The notes: generated from the sequence alone by a model not told the origin. Shown: positions 1-8,327, counted from the stretch's first letter. The stretch is DNA of 22,019 nucleotides from a virus (IMGVR_UViG_2585427746_000008), one strand, 5' to 3'. Numbers and translations are program-made.

Positions 1-984
1 ATGACGGCGAAAACAGCACCGAAAGTCACGCTGTGGGAGTTCTTCCAGCAGTTAGGCAAAACCTTCATGTTACCCGTGGCATTATTGTCGTTCTGCGGCA
101 TTATGCTCGGCATTGGTAGTTCTCTTAGCAGCCATGATGTCATAACCCTGATCCCGGTCCTGGGCAACCCCGTGTTGCAGGCTATCTTTACCTGGATGAG
201 TAAGATTGGCTCGTTTGCTTTTAGTTTCCTGCCTGTCATGTTCTGTATCGCCATCCCGCTGGGCCTGGCACGCGAAAATAAAGGCGTAGCGGCATTCGCT
301 GGCTTCATCGGTTATGCGGTAATGAACCTCGCGGTAAACTTCTGGTTGACCAATAAAGGCATTCTGCCAACCACGGATGCCGCGGTTCTGAAAGCCAATA
401 ACATCCAGAGCATTCTTGGGATCCAGTCGATCGATACCGGGATCCTCGGTGCGGTGATCGCCGGTATTATCGTCTGGATGCTGCATGAGCGTTTCCATAA
501 TATCCGCCTGCCGGATGCGCTGGCATTCTTCGGCGGTACGCGCTTCGTACCAATTATCTCCTCGCTGGTGATGGGCCTTGTCGGCCTGGTGATTCCATTA
601 GTCTGGCCGATTTTCGCCATGGGTATTAGCGGCTTGGGCCATATGATAAACAGCGCGGGTGATTTCGGACCGATGCTGTTTGGTACCGGTGAACGTCTGC
701 TGTTGCCGTTTGGTCTGCATCACATTCTGGTGGCATTAATTCGCTTTACCGACGCAGGCGGCACGCAGGAAGTCTGCGGTCAAACCGTCAGCGGCGCACT
801 GACCATCTTCCAGGCGCAATTGAGTTGCCCGACCACTCACGGTTTTTCTGAAAGCGCCACGCGTTTCCTTTCGCAAGGTAAAATGCCTGCGTTTCTCGGC
901 GGTCTGTGTAACCAGGTAAATCATTTGATACCGACAAGGGTTTTAGTGAAAGGAGGTGAAATCACCTGTAAGATACTGAAATAA
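1..984 (+). CDS. malX: PTS sugar transporter EIIC domain (MalX-like), N-terminal ~302 codons only; frame runs into phage DNA after ~nt 906 and stops at 984 (disrupted gene)
   Basis: ORF starts at nt 1 with MTAKTAPKVTLWEFFQQLGKTFMLPVALLSFCGIMLGIGSS, a polytopic membrane protein typical of glucose/maltose-family EIIC. From memory this matches E. coli MalX. The last ~25 codons (CNQVNHLIPTRVLVKGGEITCKILK) are unrelated and coincide with the start of phage-end repeats. Confidence 0.6.
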   Translation: MTAKTAPKVTLWEFFQQLGKTFMLPVALLSFCGIMLGIGSSLSSHDVITLIPVLGNPVLQAIFTWMSKIGSFAFSFLPVMFCIAIPLGLARENKGVAAFAGFIGYAVMNLAVNFWLTNKGILPTTDAAVLKANNIQSILGIQSIDTGILGAVIAGIIVWMLHERFHNIRLPDALAFFGGTRFVPIISSLVMGLVGLVIPLVWPIFAMGISGLGHMINSAGDFGPMLFGTGERLLLPFGLHHILVALIRFTDAGGTQEVCGQTVSGALTIFQAQLSCPTTHGFSESATRFLSQGKMPAFLGGLCNQVNHLIPTRVLVKGGEITCKILK

Positions 985-1085
985 AACAGGTGATCGATGA
1001 TTCTGGAGGTTGTTTAGTTTTGATACTGATTAAATAAAATCCGGTATAAAATTAAGGTATCGGCAACAAATTTGATACTGCACAT
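905..1085 (+). repeat. attL-like terminal region with repeated putative transposase-binding sites
   Basis: Direct copies of TTTGATAC(C/T)G at 924-933, 1019-1028 and 1071-1080, a near copy at 971-978, and inverted imperfect copies (cggtataaa 1042-1050, ggtatcgg 1056-1063). Also a 9-bp perfect inverted repeat atcacctgt/acaggtgat at 961-969 and 985-993. Confidence 0.6.
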
Positions 1086-1211
1086 ACTGCTTATGGACGT
1101 TTTTAAAAGTACTTAAAATGTCTTTTATGCTAAAAAGTTTATATCAATATCGATCTGGTCACAAATCAAGTTGAAAGTGCTCGCTAAGTGCATGGCCTGG
1201 GCTTCATGGGG

Positions 1212-1730
1212 TTACGCTTTGGCTTCTTTATGGGTTAAATTGAAATGATGATCCTTGGTTTCATCTCCCTCGAAAATCTCTCTAACCTTTTGATCTGATA
1301 AATTATTAAGGCTCAATGCTGCCAGGCGTCGAATACCTGTTAAAGCGATCAACTCTTGATTCTCTTGATTGCAGAATTCCAGCAATTTTTCTACCCCTTT
1401 CCTTCTCAAGGTGTAAATAACTAATTCTTGCTCTTCTTGGCTCAAAGTGTCGATGAGTTCGAGCAACTCGCTATTGCCACCGTTCTTTTGAGGGGGCTGG
1501 TGTTTTATTTCTGCACTACCTGTAATGATGGAAACAACATGTGCAGGTAAGTCGCTTAAACGGTAGGCAAATGCTCTCCCTCTGATACCAGGTGTAGTTA
1601 CCGAACGTTTTTCCCATCCTTCATTTTTTGCTCGTTTATGAAGCCCAGCCAGAGATGAAGGAAGACCTCCAACCCCCAACAAGTCACTGGCAAGGATCCA
1701 TTCTTGGTCAAGGATCATATCAAACTCCAT
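1212..1730 (-). CDS. Mu c-like repressor with N-terminal winged-helix DNA-binding domain
   Basis: Leftward ORF directly inside the left end, as in Mu. The motif LPSSLAGLHKRAKNEGWEKR is nearly repeated at the N-terminus of the transposase (LPSSLAGLHKKAKREAWKTR), the arrangement known for Mu repressor and MuA. The real start may be the second Met at 1718, which has a GGAG upstream. Confidence 0.75.
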   Translation of the reverse strand: MEFDMILDQEWILASDLLGVGGLPSSLAGLHKRAKNEGWEKRSVTTPGIRGRAFAYRLSDLPAHVVSIITGSAEIKHQPPQKNGGNSELLELIDTLSQEEQELVIYTLRRKGVEKLLEFCNQENQELIALTGIRRLAALSLNNLSDQKVREIFEGDETKDHHFNLTHKEAKA

Positions 1731-1946
1731 TTGATATTAACTTTTGTTTATATCTTTATGTGGTTTATTTCAAAAATAACTCAATAAAAAACAAATAGAT
1801 ACAGAGCAAATTTAAAAATTTGAAATTAACCAGTTGATATTTACTAAGTTAATATCTAACATATCAAACATACACTAGTGAGTAACTCAATAGAGTAGCA
1901 CACATGAGTAATAAAGTTTGCCATAGAAAGTACACAGGGGGCCATT
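1731..1946. promoter_or_regulatory. AT-rich early operator/promoter region between divergent repressor and ner
   Basis: Very AT-rich 216-bp spacer. Perfect palindrome CAAATTTAAAAATTTG at 1807-1822. Candidate rightward sigma70 promoter TTGATA-N17-TAACAT at 1834-1862, bracketed by inverted repeat TTGATAT (1834-1840) and ATATCAA (1861-1867). Confidence 0.5.
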
Positions 1947-2192
1947 GTGAGTCTTATTGAAGATTGGTCTTCCGCCGATATAAAGGCAGCCTTAGAAAAA
2001 CGCGATACCAATTTGTCACGTTTATCAAGGGAAAATAATTTGCAGCCTAGGACTTTGGGTAATGCTTTGCGAGTTCCCTACCCTAAAGGTGAAAAGATAA
2101 TTGCTAGGGCTATAGGTGTAGAGCCACAGGTTATTTGGCCTACTAGATATGAACGACGTGCGCGGAGGAAATATGTGGGTTGCAATGACTGA
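1947..2192 (+). CDS. ner: Ner-like DNA-binding protein (Ner/Nlp family)
   Basis: 81-aa ORF with GTG start as first gene of the early operon. Resembles Mu Ner in size, position and motifs (LSRLSREN..., PKGEKIIA, PQVIWPTRY versus Mu PKGEQIIA, PEVIWPSRY). Confidence 0.8.
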   Translation: MSLIEDWSSADIKAALEKRDTNLSRLSRENNLQPRTLGNALRVPYPKGEKIIARAIGVEPQVIWPTRYERRARRKYVGCND

Positions 2193-4257
2193 ATTGATTT
2201 CATTCAGTGACCTACCTAGTTCTTTGGCAGGTCTGCACAAAAAAGCAAAGAGGGAAGCGTGGAAAACGCGGCTAAAACCAGGGGTAAAAGGGAAAGTTTT
2301 AGAGTGTGAAATAGGGGCTTTGCCTTTAACTGTTCAGCAGGCAGTACGCGAACGCTATGCCCTGCAACTGATGACGCAAAAAGCCGATGAATCACCGGCT
2401 CCGGTAGTGACAAAGGCCAGGCGCTCACCTGCCGTGGTTGATGCGGTGGAGGCATATCGCGGATCACCACAACTGATGCTCGAACGCCTCAATGCCCTGA
2501 CTGAAAACCAGCGCCAGGTGGCTGATGCACGAATCGCGATCGTCAGCGAAGTTCTGAAAGTCGCGCAACAACCTGGTTTCAGCTGTGCGAAGGCTATCCG
2601 GTTTATCGTTGACAACCTGGCACGTTCGCAACTGGACGAGCGCATTGTGGCAATGGTTGAGACGGCGAACGCCAAAAAGGGAAACAGCCGTGCGTTGAGT
2701 GAAATCACGCTGAAACGCTGGATTGCAGCCTTTAACAAGGCGCAGAACGCCGCTGAACGCCTGCTTTTGCTGGCACCTGGTAAGCGCCAGGAAATAAAAG
2801 CCGAAGATATTAACTGGCTGCCCGAATTTCTGGCGCAGTATCGCCAGTCAAACGGCCGACCAATGACCGAGGCTTACGAGGATTTTGTCGCTGAATGGCA
2901 GCACCGGCACGCTGATGAGCCTTATATGCTCGATATCATGCCGTCTTACGACACCATCCGCCGCGCAATGAAGAAACTGCCGGAAGTGGTGAAACAAAAA
3001 GGCCGGGTGACCGGCAGTGAATACCGCCAGCTTGAGGGATTCACGCGCCGCGACTGGTCCAGAATGCCGGTGAATTATGTCTGGATTGGTGACGGTCACG
3101 GCATGAAGCTGAAATGCAGGCACCCGGTTCACGGGCGGCCATTTGCACCGGAAGTGACCTTTGTTATCGACGGTGGCACGCGCTTTGTGGTGGGCTGGAG
3201 CCTTGACCTGGCTGAAAATGTTTTCGCCGTAGCCGGTGCCATACAGTACGGTATTCGTAATCACGGCAAACCGTTTCTGTATTACTCGGATAACGGTTCC
3301 GGGGAAACCGCCGACATCCTGGATAAGGAAGTTGTGGGGATCCTGCCGCGACTGGGGATTAATCACCCAACCGGGATTGCCGGTAACCCGCAGGGACGGG
3401 GCATTATCGAACGGCTTAACCGCACGTTACCGATGCGTATAGCCCGTAAATACCGCACCTATTTCGGGAAAGGTGCAGATCGCGAGACGTTACGCAAAAC
3501 CAACCGCGATTTACGCTCGGCATTTACCGCCCTGCAACAGGGCAAACGGCTGAACGCCCGGCAACAGTCAGCGATGCGTGATTTACCGTCCTGGTCTGAA
3601 CTGATTGATGCCATTCGTGATGGCGTTGAGTGGTACAACAACCGGCCGCACGATGAATTACCCATGAAGCCGAACGGGAAGCATTACAGCCCGGCGGAGT
3701 TCAGAAAAAAACGCCTGGCAGAAGAGGACACGGAAATTGAATGGCTGTCCGATGTTGAGCTGCGGGATATGTTCCGGCCAATGGTGGAACGCCCTGTAAG
3801 ACGCTGTGAAATACGCTGGCTGAATAATATTTACTACGCGCCCGAGCTGAGTGATGAGCATGGCCGCAAGGTGCTTATCAGCTATGACATTCATGATGCC
3901 GAACGAATTACCGTACGTCGCCCGGATGGCAGCGTGATTTGCGAGGCGGTATGGGACGGCAATAAACGCGAAGCCTTCCCGGTCAGCGCGGAATACTACA
4001 AACAGCAGCAACGCCTTAAAGGTATGCGTAAACGCGCAGAGGAAAAAATCCGTGATGCCGAGGATGAGGTTGTCAACGTGCTGGAGCACAAGCCGCAGGA
4101 GCCCTGGCTGGAAAACATATACCGCCCTGTGGGTAATACGGTGACCGTTCAGCAACCTGCCGTTGATGATGAGCCTGATGAAGAATACGAGCGTAATTTC
4201 CAGCGGGGATTGCAGTTGCTCGAAGCGAAATTAAAAGAAAATGACCCTCTGGCCTGA
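2173..4257 (+). CDS. DDE transposase (MuA-like)
   Basis: Roughly 695 aa. N-terminal winged-helix motif shared with the repressor. Catalytic-core-like motifs VWIGDGHG, YSDNGSGE and GRGIIERLNRTL are consistent with a D-D-E triad. GGAGG lies 4 nt upstream of ATG 2173; the gene overlaps the ner 3' end. Confidence 0.9.
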   Translation: MWVAMTELISFSDLPSSLAGLHKKAKREAWKTRLKPGVKGKVLECEIGALPLTVQQAVRERYALQLMTQKADESPAPVVTKARRSPAVVDAVEAYRGSPQLMLERLNALTENQRQVADARIAIVSEVLKVAQQPGFSCAKAIRFIVDNLARSQLDERIVAMVETANAKKGNSRALSEITLKRWIAAFNKAQNAAERLLLLAPGKRQEIKAEDINWLPEFLAQYRQSNGRPMTEAYEDFVAEWQHRHADEPYMLDIMPSYDTIRRAMKKLPEVVKQKGRVTGSEYRQLEGFTRRDWSRMPVNYVWIGDGHGMKLKCRHPVHGRPFAPEVTFVIDGGTRFVVGWSLDLAENVFAVAGAIQYGIRNHGKPFLYYSDNGSGETADILDKEVVGILPRLGINHPTGIAGNPQGRGIIERLNRTLPMRIARKYRTYFGKGADRETLRKTNRDLRSAFTALQQGKRLNARQQSAMRDLPSWSELIDAIRDGVEWYNNRPHDELPMKPNGKHYSPAEFRKKRLAEEDTEIEWLSDVELRDMFRPMVERPVRRCEIRWLNNIYYAPELSDEHGRKVLISYDIHDAERITVRRPDGSVICEAVWDGNKREAFPVSAEYYKQQQRLKGMRKRAEEKIRDAEDEVVNVLEHKPQEPWLENIYRPVGNTVTVQQPAVDDEPDEEYERNFQRGLQLLEAKLKENDPLA

Positions 4258-4334
4258 AATAAAAAAATAACCCGAGCGGCGACTCAGGTTATTTGATTAA
4301 ACTCGGAGAACTGTCTCAACGCGAGGTGAATAAT

Positions 4335-5267
4335 ATGACCGATATAAACGATGTAATCAAGACCATTGATGAACTTATTGATGGCGGCGTGCTGACGCAG
4401 TATGCCATCGCCAGAGAGGCGGGAATTTCCGACGGCACATTATCGGCTTTCCGCAAGGGGAAATATAAAGGCGATAACGCCGCTGTGGCTGCTTCCCTGC
4501 GCTCCTGGTATGAGAACTGGAATAAACAAAGCGCACTGCCGGAACCGCCGCAGTTTGTGGAAACTCAGACAGTCCAGGAGCTGCGCGCACTGTTTCAGGC
4601 GGTTCGCCTGATGGGCTGTATTAACGTTATTGTGGGCGTACCGGGTGTGGGTAAAACGGCCACTGCCCGTAATTACTGCCAGGAGCAACCAAACACCTGG
4701 ATGATCACCCTGTCACCCGCGCACTCCAGCGTCACGGAGTGTCTGCTGGAGCTGGCCGATGCGCTGGGGATTGATTACACCCGCGCGAACAAAGGGGCAT
4801 TATCCCGCGCCATCCGCCGTCGCCTGATGGGAACGCGTGGACTGGTGATTGTGGATGAGGCGGATCATCTTGGTATTGACGGTCTGGAGCAACTCCGGGC
4901 AATTCAGGACGCCACGGGGATCGGGATGGTGCTTATTGGTAACCCGCGCGGATTGTTTAAAGGTGGACGCCGCGCCTTTGATGATTTATCGCGCCTGTTC
5001 AGCCGTCTTGCCCGTACAAAACAACTTCGCAAGGCCAAAAAGGCGGATGTGCTGGCCATTGCCATGGCGTGGGGGATCAGTGGTGAGGCTGAGCTGGCCG
5101 TCATGCAGGCTATCGCTGAAAAGCCGGGAGCGTTACGCGTTCTGACACATACGCTTAACCAGGCGTGGCTCACCGCCAGCGGTGAAGGCGCGGCGCTGAC
5201 AGAAAAACATATTAATGCGGCCTTTAAAGAGGTTTATACCAACCCTGAATTACTCTCACAGGTGTGA
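4335..5267 (+). CDS. Transposition helper ATPase (MuB-like AAA+)
   Basis: Walker A motif GVPGVGKT and Walker B motif VIVDEADHL. Lies immediately downstream of the transposase. GAGGTGA RBS precedes ATG 4335; the ORF track start at 4293 lacks an RBS. Confidence 0.85.
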   Translation: MTDINDVIKTIDELIDGGVLTQYAIAREAGISDGTLSAFRKGKYKGDNAAVAASLRSWYENWNKQSALPEPPQFVETQTVQELRALFQAVRLMGCINVIVGVPGVGKTATARNYCQEQPNTWMITLSPAHSSVTECLLELADALGIDYTRANKGALSRAIRRRLMGTRGLVIVDEADHLGIDGLEQLRAIQDATGIGMVLIGNPRGLFKGGRRAFDDLSRLFSRLARTKQLRKAKKADVLAIAMAWGISGEAELAVMQAIAEKPGALRVLTHTLNQAWLTASGEGAALTEKHINAAFKEVYTNPELLSQV

Positions 5268-5269
5268 TT

Positions 5270-5491
5270 ATGGCGGTATTTAATATTCCTGATATTTACG
5301 GACGCTTTTACCTGGTTAATTTCGATAACGTGAAGGTGATTTCACTGGCCGAAAATAAAGAATGTGGCGATTTACTTTTTGAATTTAATGACCGCACACG
5401 AATGGTGATATCTGCCGGACTTGATCGCGAAGGTGCGACAGAAGTTTACAGCGGAATATGCCGTTCTGTTGGTGCGAAACAAGTCAGCTAA
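5270..5491 (+). CDS. hypothetical small early protein
   Basis: ORF with AGGTG RBS 7 nt upstream of ATG 5270; start is tightly packed against the B stop codon. Confidence 0.5.
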   Translation: MAVFNIPDIYGRFYLVNFDNVKVISLAENKECGDLLFEFNDRTRMVISAGLDREGATEVYSGICRSVGAKQVS

Positions 5492-5503
5492 ATGAGGTGT
5501 TAT

Positions 5504-5758
5504 ATGAATATGCAATCCTGCGGTAACAAAATGAATTTATTCGACTCCCTGAACAGCGCGCGCCGTCTGACCGAACTTGCCGGTGCGGTACTGGAACGCA
5601 GTAAGCGCTATCCGCAACGTTTTGCACTGAAAACCACGCCGCCGGTAGGCAACGTGCAGGGAACCGGTGAAATTGAAATCACCATACAGACCAACGGCCT
5701 GCGCCGCCGTGTGAAGGCCACCCGCATCAGCGGCTGCACGGTTTACTGGGAGGTGTGA
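5504..5758 (+). CDS. hypothetical small early protein
   Basis: ORF with AGGTG RBS 4 nt upstream of ATG 5504; same strand and tight packing as neighbours. Confidence 0.5.
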   Translation: MNMQSCGNKMNLFDSLNSARRLTELAGAVLERSKRYPQRFALKTTPPVGNVQGTGEIEITIQTNGLRRRVKATRISGCTVYWEV

Positions 5759-5759
5759 G

Positions 5760-5918
5760 GTGAAAAAAAATCTCATTGCATGGGCGTGGTCGAGTGGTCT
5801 TATTGAGTTTGGTTACGTCCTGCCGGAAGGTGCATTGCCGATAGTTGCCGGAAAGCCTGCCACGGTACGGCATGTGATTGAGGTTATGGCGCGTCATGGA
5901 CGTGATGAACAGGAGTAG
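5760..5918 (+). CDS. hypothetical small protein (52 codons, GTG start), possibly the N-terminal part of a longer gene interrupted by an in-frame TAG
   Basis: Not in the ORF track because it is under 60 aa. GTG at 5760 is preceded by AGGTGTGAGG. The same frame stays open for 40 more codons after TAG 5916-5918 and ends in a TGA that overlaps the next gene's ATG. Confidence 0.3.
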   Translation: MKKNLIAWAWSSGLIEFGYVLPEGALPIVAGKPATVRHVIEVMARHGRDEQE

Positions 5919-6037
5919 TTACTGGTTCCGGGGATACCGGAAGCGGTGACGGAGGAAGAAGCCTTTAATGCCATGATTCGGTTCTGCCGTGAGGTCAGAC
6001 GCCGGGTCAGTTATCCAAACAGAACGAGGACCAGAGG

Positions 6038-6310
6038 ATGAGTAAAGTCGTACGCATTATTTTCGAATACAAGGAGCACGTTATCCATAAAAACCCTGAT
6101 GGAACAGTGCGCATGGGGGTAAGTCTGGACATACGTTCAACCGGGATAAAGCAGAAAGGTGATGGACCCGCCATGATTTTTGGGGTGGTTATGCTCGCGG
6201 AAAGCAGAGACTTTGCTGAACTTGTAGCAATGAAAGCCAGTGCGCTCATGAAAGATATGAGCATGCGTTCCGGGGTTATTAAAGGTAATGAATTTAATCA
6301 GCAGGGGTAA
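6038..6310 (+). CDS. hypothetical early protein
   Basis: 90-aa ORF beginning MSKVVRIIFEY, in the early operon; its start overlaps the preceding TGA. Confidence 0.55.
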   Translation: MSKVVRIIFEYKEHVIHKNPDGTVRMGVSLDIRSTGIKQKGDGPAMIFGVVMLAESRDFAELVAMKASALMKDMSMRSGVIKGNEFNQQG

Positions 6311-6314
6311 TTCC

Positions 6315-6608
6315 ATGAGCAAAGTACGCGTTATTTTTGAATTTAATCATGTTTCGCATGACGAAAAGTTGGCAGGCAATGACTGTGTTGAAGTGCATGA
6401 AAAGATTGGAGTGGATGTGAAAACAGAACGTGATACGGATAACAGCCCGACGTCACTCTGTGACGTTTATGCAAGTATTCTCCAGTATCACAGTCCTGCA
6501 ATTATTCAGTTTCTCTCAGCGGAATTTCAGGCATCTGTACAGGCTTTTGGGGCGGATGCCATCATTAAACGCCACCGCGTGCATAAAGCATCAGGCACAC
6601 TGCAATAA
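6315..6608 (+). CDS. hypothetical early protein, paralogue-like to the preceding gene
   Basis: Begins MSKVRVIFEF, like the upstream neighbour's MSKVVRIIFEY. ATG 6315 follows the upstream stop closely. Confidence 0.55.
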   Translation: MSKVRVIFEFNHVSHDEKLAGNDCVEVHEKIGVDVKTERDTDNSPTSLCDVYASILQYHSPAIIQFLSAEFQASVQAFGADAIIKRHRVHKASGTLQ

Positions 6609-6619
6609 GGAAAAACAAA

Positions 6620-7150
6620 ATGGCTAAACGCGTTACAAAATTAAAGGCCGCAGCCGAGGCGGCACCGCAGACCCGGGAAGAAGTCAGTCGCGATATCCGT
6701 CGCTTTGGGGATATGCAGCGAGAGGCGCTGCGCCTGGAAACGGCAATGAATGATGAAGTGGCAGAAATCACCGCCCGTTATACGCCGCAGATTGAAAACC
6801 TTAAAAAAGAAATCAAAGTGCTTTTTAAGGGGATTCATGACTGGTGCAAAACCAACCGCGATGAGCTGACGAACGGTGGCGAAACCAAAACTGCCAATCT
6901 GACAACCGGAACGGTGTCATGGCGGCTGGAAAAGCCATCATGCAGCGTCAGCCGTGATGTGGAAGGTGTGATTGAAATGCTGCGCCGTATGGGGCTTGAG
7001 CGTTTCATCCGCACGAAAGAGGAAGTGAATAAGCAAGCCATTCTGGCGGAACCGGATGCGGTAAAGGGTATTGCCGGTATTAAGGTGAATAAAGGCGCTG
7101 AAAGTTTTTCTGTCGAGCCTTTTGAACAGGACGCCGGACTGAATAAATAA
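6620..7150 (+). CDS. gam: Gam-like host-nuclease inhibitor (Mu Gam / Ku-like DNA end-binding)
   Basis: 176 aa with blocks recalled from Mu Gam: MAK...K..AA, LRLETAMNDEVAEIT, NRDELTNGG, TANLTTGTVSWR, LERFIRTKEEVNK. AAGGAAA RBS upstream. Confidence 0.85.
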   Translation: MAKRVTKLKAAAEAAPQTREEVSRDIRRFGDMQREALRLETAMNDEVAEITARYTPQIENLKKEIKVLFKGIHDWCKTNRDELTNGGETKTANLTTGTVSWRLEKPSCSVSRDVEGVIEMLRRMGLERFIRTKEEVNKQAILAEPDAVKGIAGIKVNKGAESFSVEPFEQDAGLNK

Positions 7151-7247
7151 CACCGCATTAAATCTTTAGATATCACATTGTTTTAATTATGGCGCTCGCG
7201 TCAGAGGGCTGCTTGCGCCTGTAAACTGAAAATAAGGAACAGGAAAT

Positions 7248-7790
7248 ATGGCATATTTTTATTTCAAATTAGACAGAGCACAGACAAATAAATATTTCAC
7301 CAAATATCAACAGACTGTTTTACCGCTACGCAACAGTATTCTTCGGACGTTACTGAAAAATACAGGCGCTGCCGGATTGCGCTTAAAGCCGTTCGCCATG
7401 GACAGAATCAGTGAGTTTTATTTTGCCGGTGCTCTGCCTGCGGGCTGGCGTAAGCGCGATGATGTGGCTTTTATCGGTAGCGGACAGTGCTTTATAGCCA
7501 GACCTGATGAGTCATGCCCTGAAGGACCGGCGATTGCCACAATGGTTGAAGCCGCTGAACGCGATTTAAGAAAGCGACCTGATTTCCTTGTCTGGCTCTG
7601 TGAAAAGCTGGGGGTAATGAGAATGCCCTCCATGTTTAACACAGACTCCTGGTGGACCCCGTCTCTCTCCCGTGATGCCCTGTGCGTGGTGTTTAAAGTA
7701 GGTGCTTATGGCAGGGAAATAAACGGGCGTATTCCTGAAGAATGTCAGGAAATTAAACATTCTGAATATGTGGCGCTGACGGAGGAATAA
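7248..7790 (+). CDS. hypothetical protein, first gene of a translationally coupled four-gene cassette
   Basis: 180-aa ORF with AGGAACAGGAAAT RBS, following a 97-bp gap after gam. No family recognised. Confidence 0.55.
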   Translation: MAYFYFKLDRAQTNKYFTKYQQTVLPLRNSILRTLLKNTGAAGLRLKPFAMDRISEFYFAGALPAGWRKRDDVAFIGSGQCFIARPDESCPEGPAIATMVEAAERDLRKRPDFLVWLCEKLGVMRMPSMFNTDSWWTPSLSRDALCVVFKVGAYGREINGRIPEECQEIKHSEYVALTEE

Positions 7791-7793
7791 TTC

Positions 7794-8327
7794 ATGATAG
7801 ATGCAAAAGTGCTTGAAGGGGTTAAAAACTGGCTGAGCATTTACGGGCGTCTGACCTGCGGCGTTCTGGCTCAAAGAATGAATATGCCGCCATCCTCGAT
7901 GGTCTATTTTCTGCGTGATGCGGTTGATGCCGGTGTGCTGACAGAATGTAACGGTTTTTATGATATTCCGCGTCCCCGCCCGGTACAGCCGGTTCGTCGC
8001 AAATGCCGCCAGGAGTCTGTGGCTGATGATGTTCAGTGGTGCAGCTTCAGAAAATCCCTGCCGTGGGTTGAAGGGCATGATATTCCGTCGATGGCGTGGG
8101 AATTTGCGCAGGGCGTTCTGACCTGTGAAACCGTTTATGTGGTGGCTGAAGTTGATGAGCAGGCAATGAAAGAAGGTGTGCCCCAGTTTGTGATGGCGTA
8201 TATCGACATTCGCCTGGGGACCATTATCTGCGGTTTAAGCGGCTGGAATATCACCGAACATGTTCTGCGTTACCTGATTGTTGACCGGACGGCAGCGCCT
8301 GCCGGGATATCTGCGGAGGTGGCGTAA
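7794..8327 (+). CDS. hypothetical protein
   Basis: 177-aa ORF with GGAGG RBS, starting 4 nt after the upstream stop. Confidence 0.55.
   Translation: MIDAKVLEGVKNWLSIYGRLTCGVLAQRMNMPPSSMVYFLRDAVDAGVLTECNGFYDIPRPRPVQPVRRKCRQESVADDVQWCSFRKSLPWVEGHDIPSMAWEFAQGVLTCETVYVVAEVDEQAMKEGVPQFVMAYIDIRLGTIICGLSGWNITEHVLRYLIVDRTAAPAGISAEVA

Noticed and set aside
82-924. Minus-strand ORFs (82-498, 312-620, 736-924) within the host transporter gene
   Set aside because: Antisense to a confidently identified membrane-protein gene, with no supporting features.
2149-2172. Upstream ATG (2149) as transposase start
   Set aside because: No Shine-Dalgarno sequence, whereas GGAGG precedes ATG 2173 by 4 nt. The extension would deepen the overlap with ner.
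2355-4155. Three minus-strand ORFs (2355-2738, 2848-3366, 3658-4155) inside the transposase gene
   Set aside because: All lie antisense within the confidently identified DDE transposase. There are no motifs or translation signals, and the whole operon is transcribed rightward.
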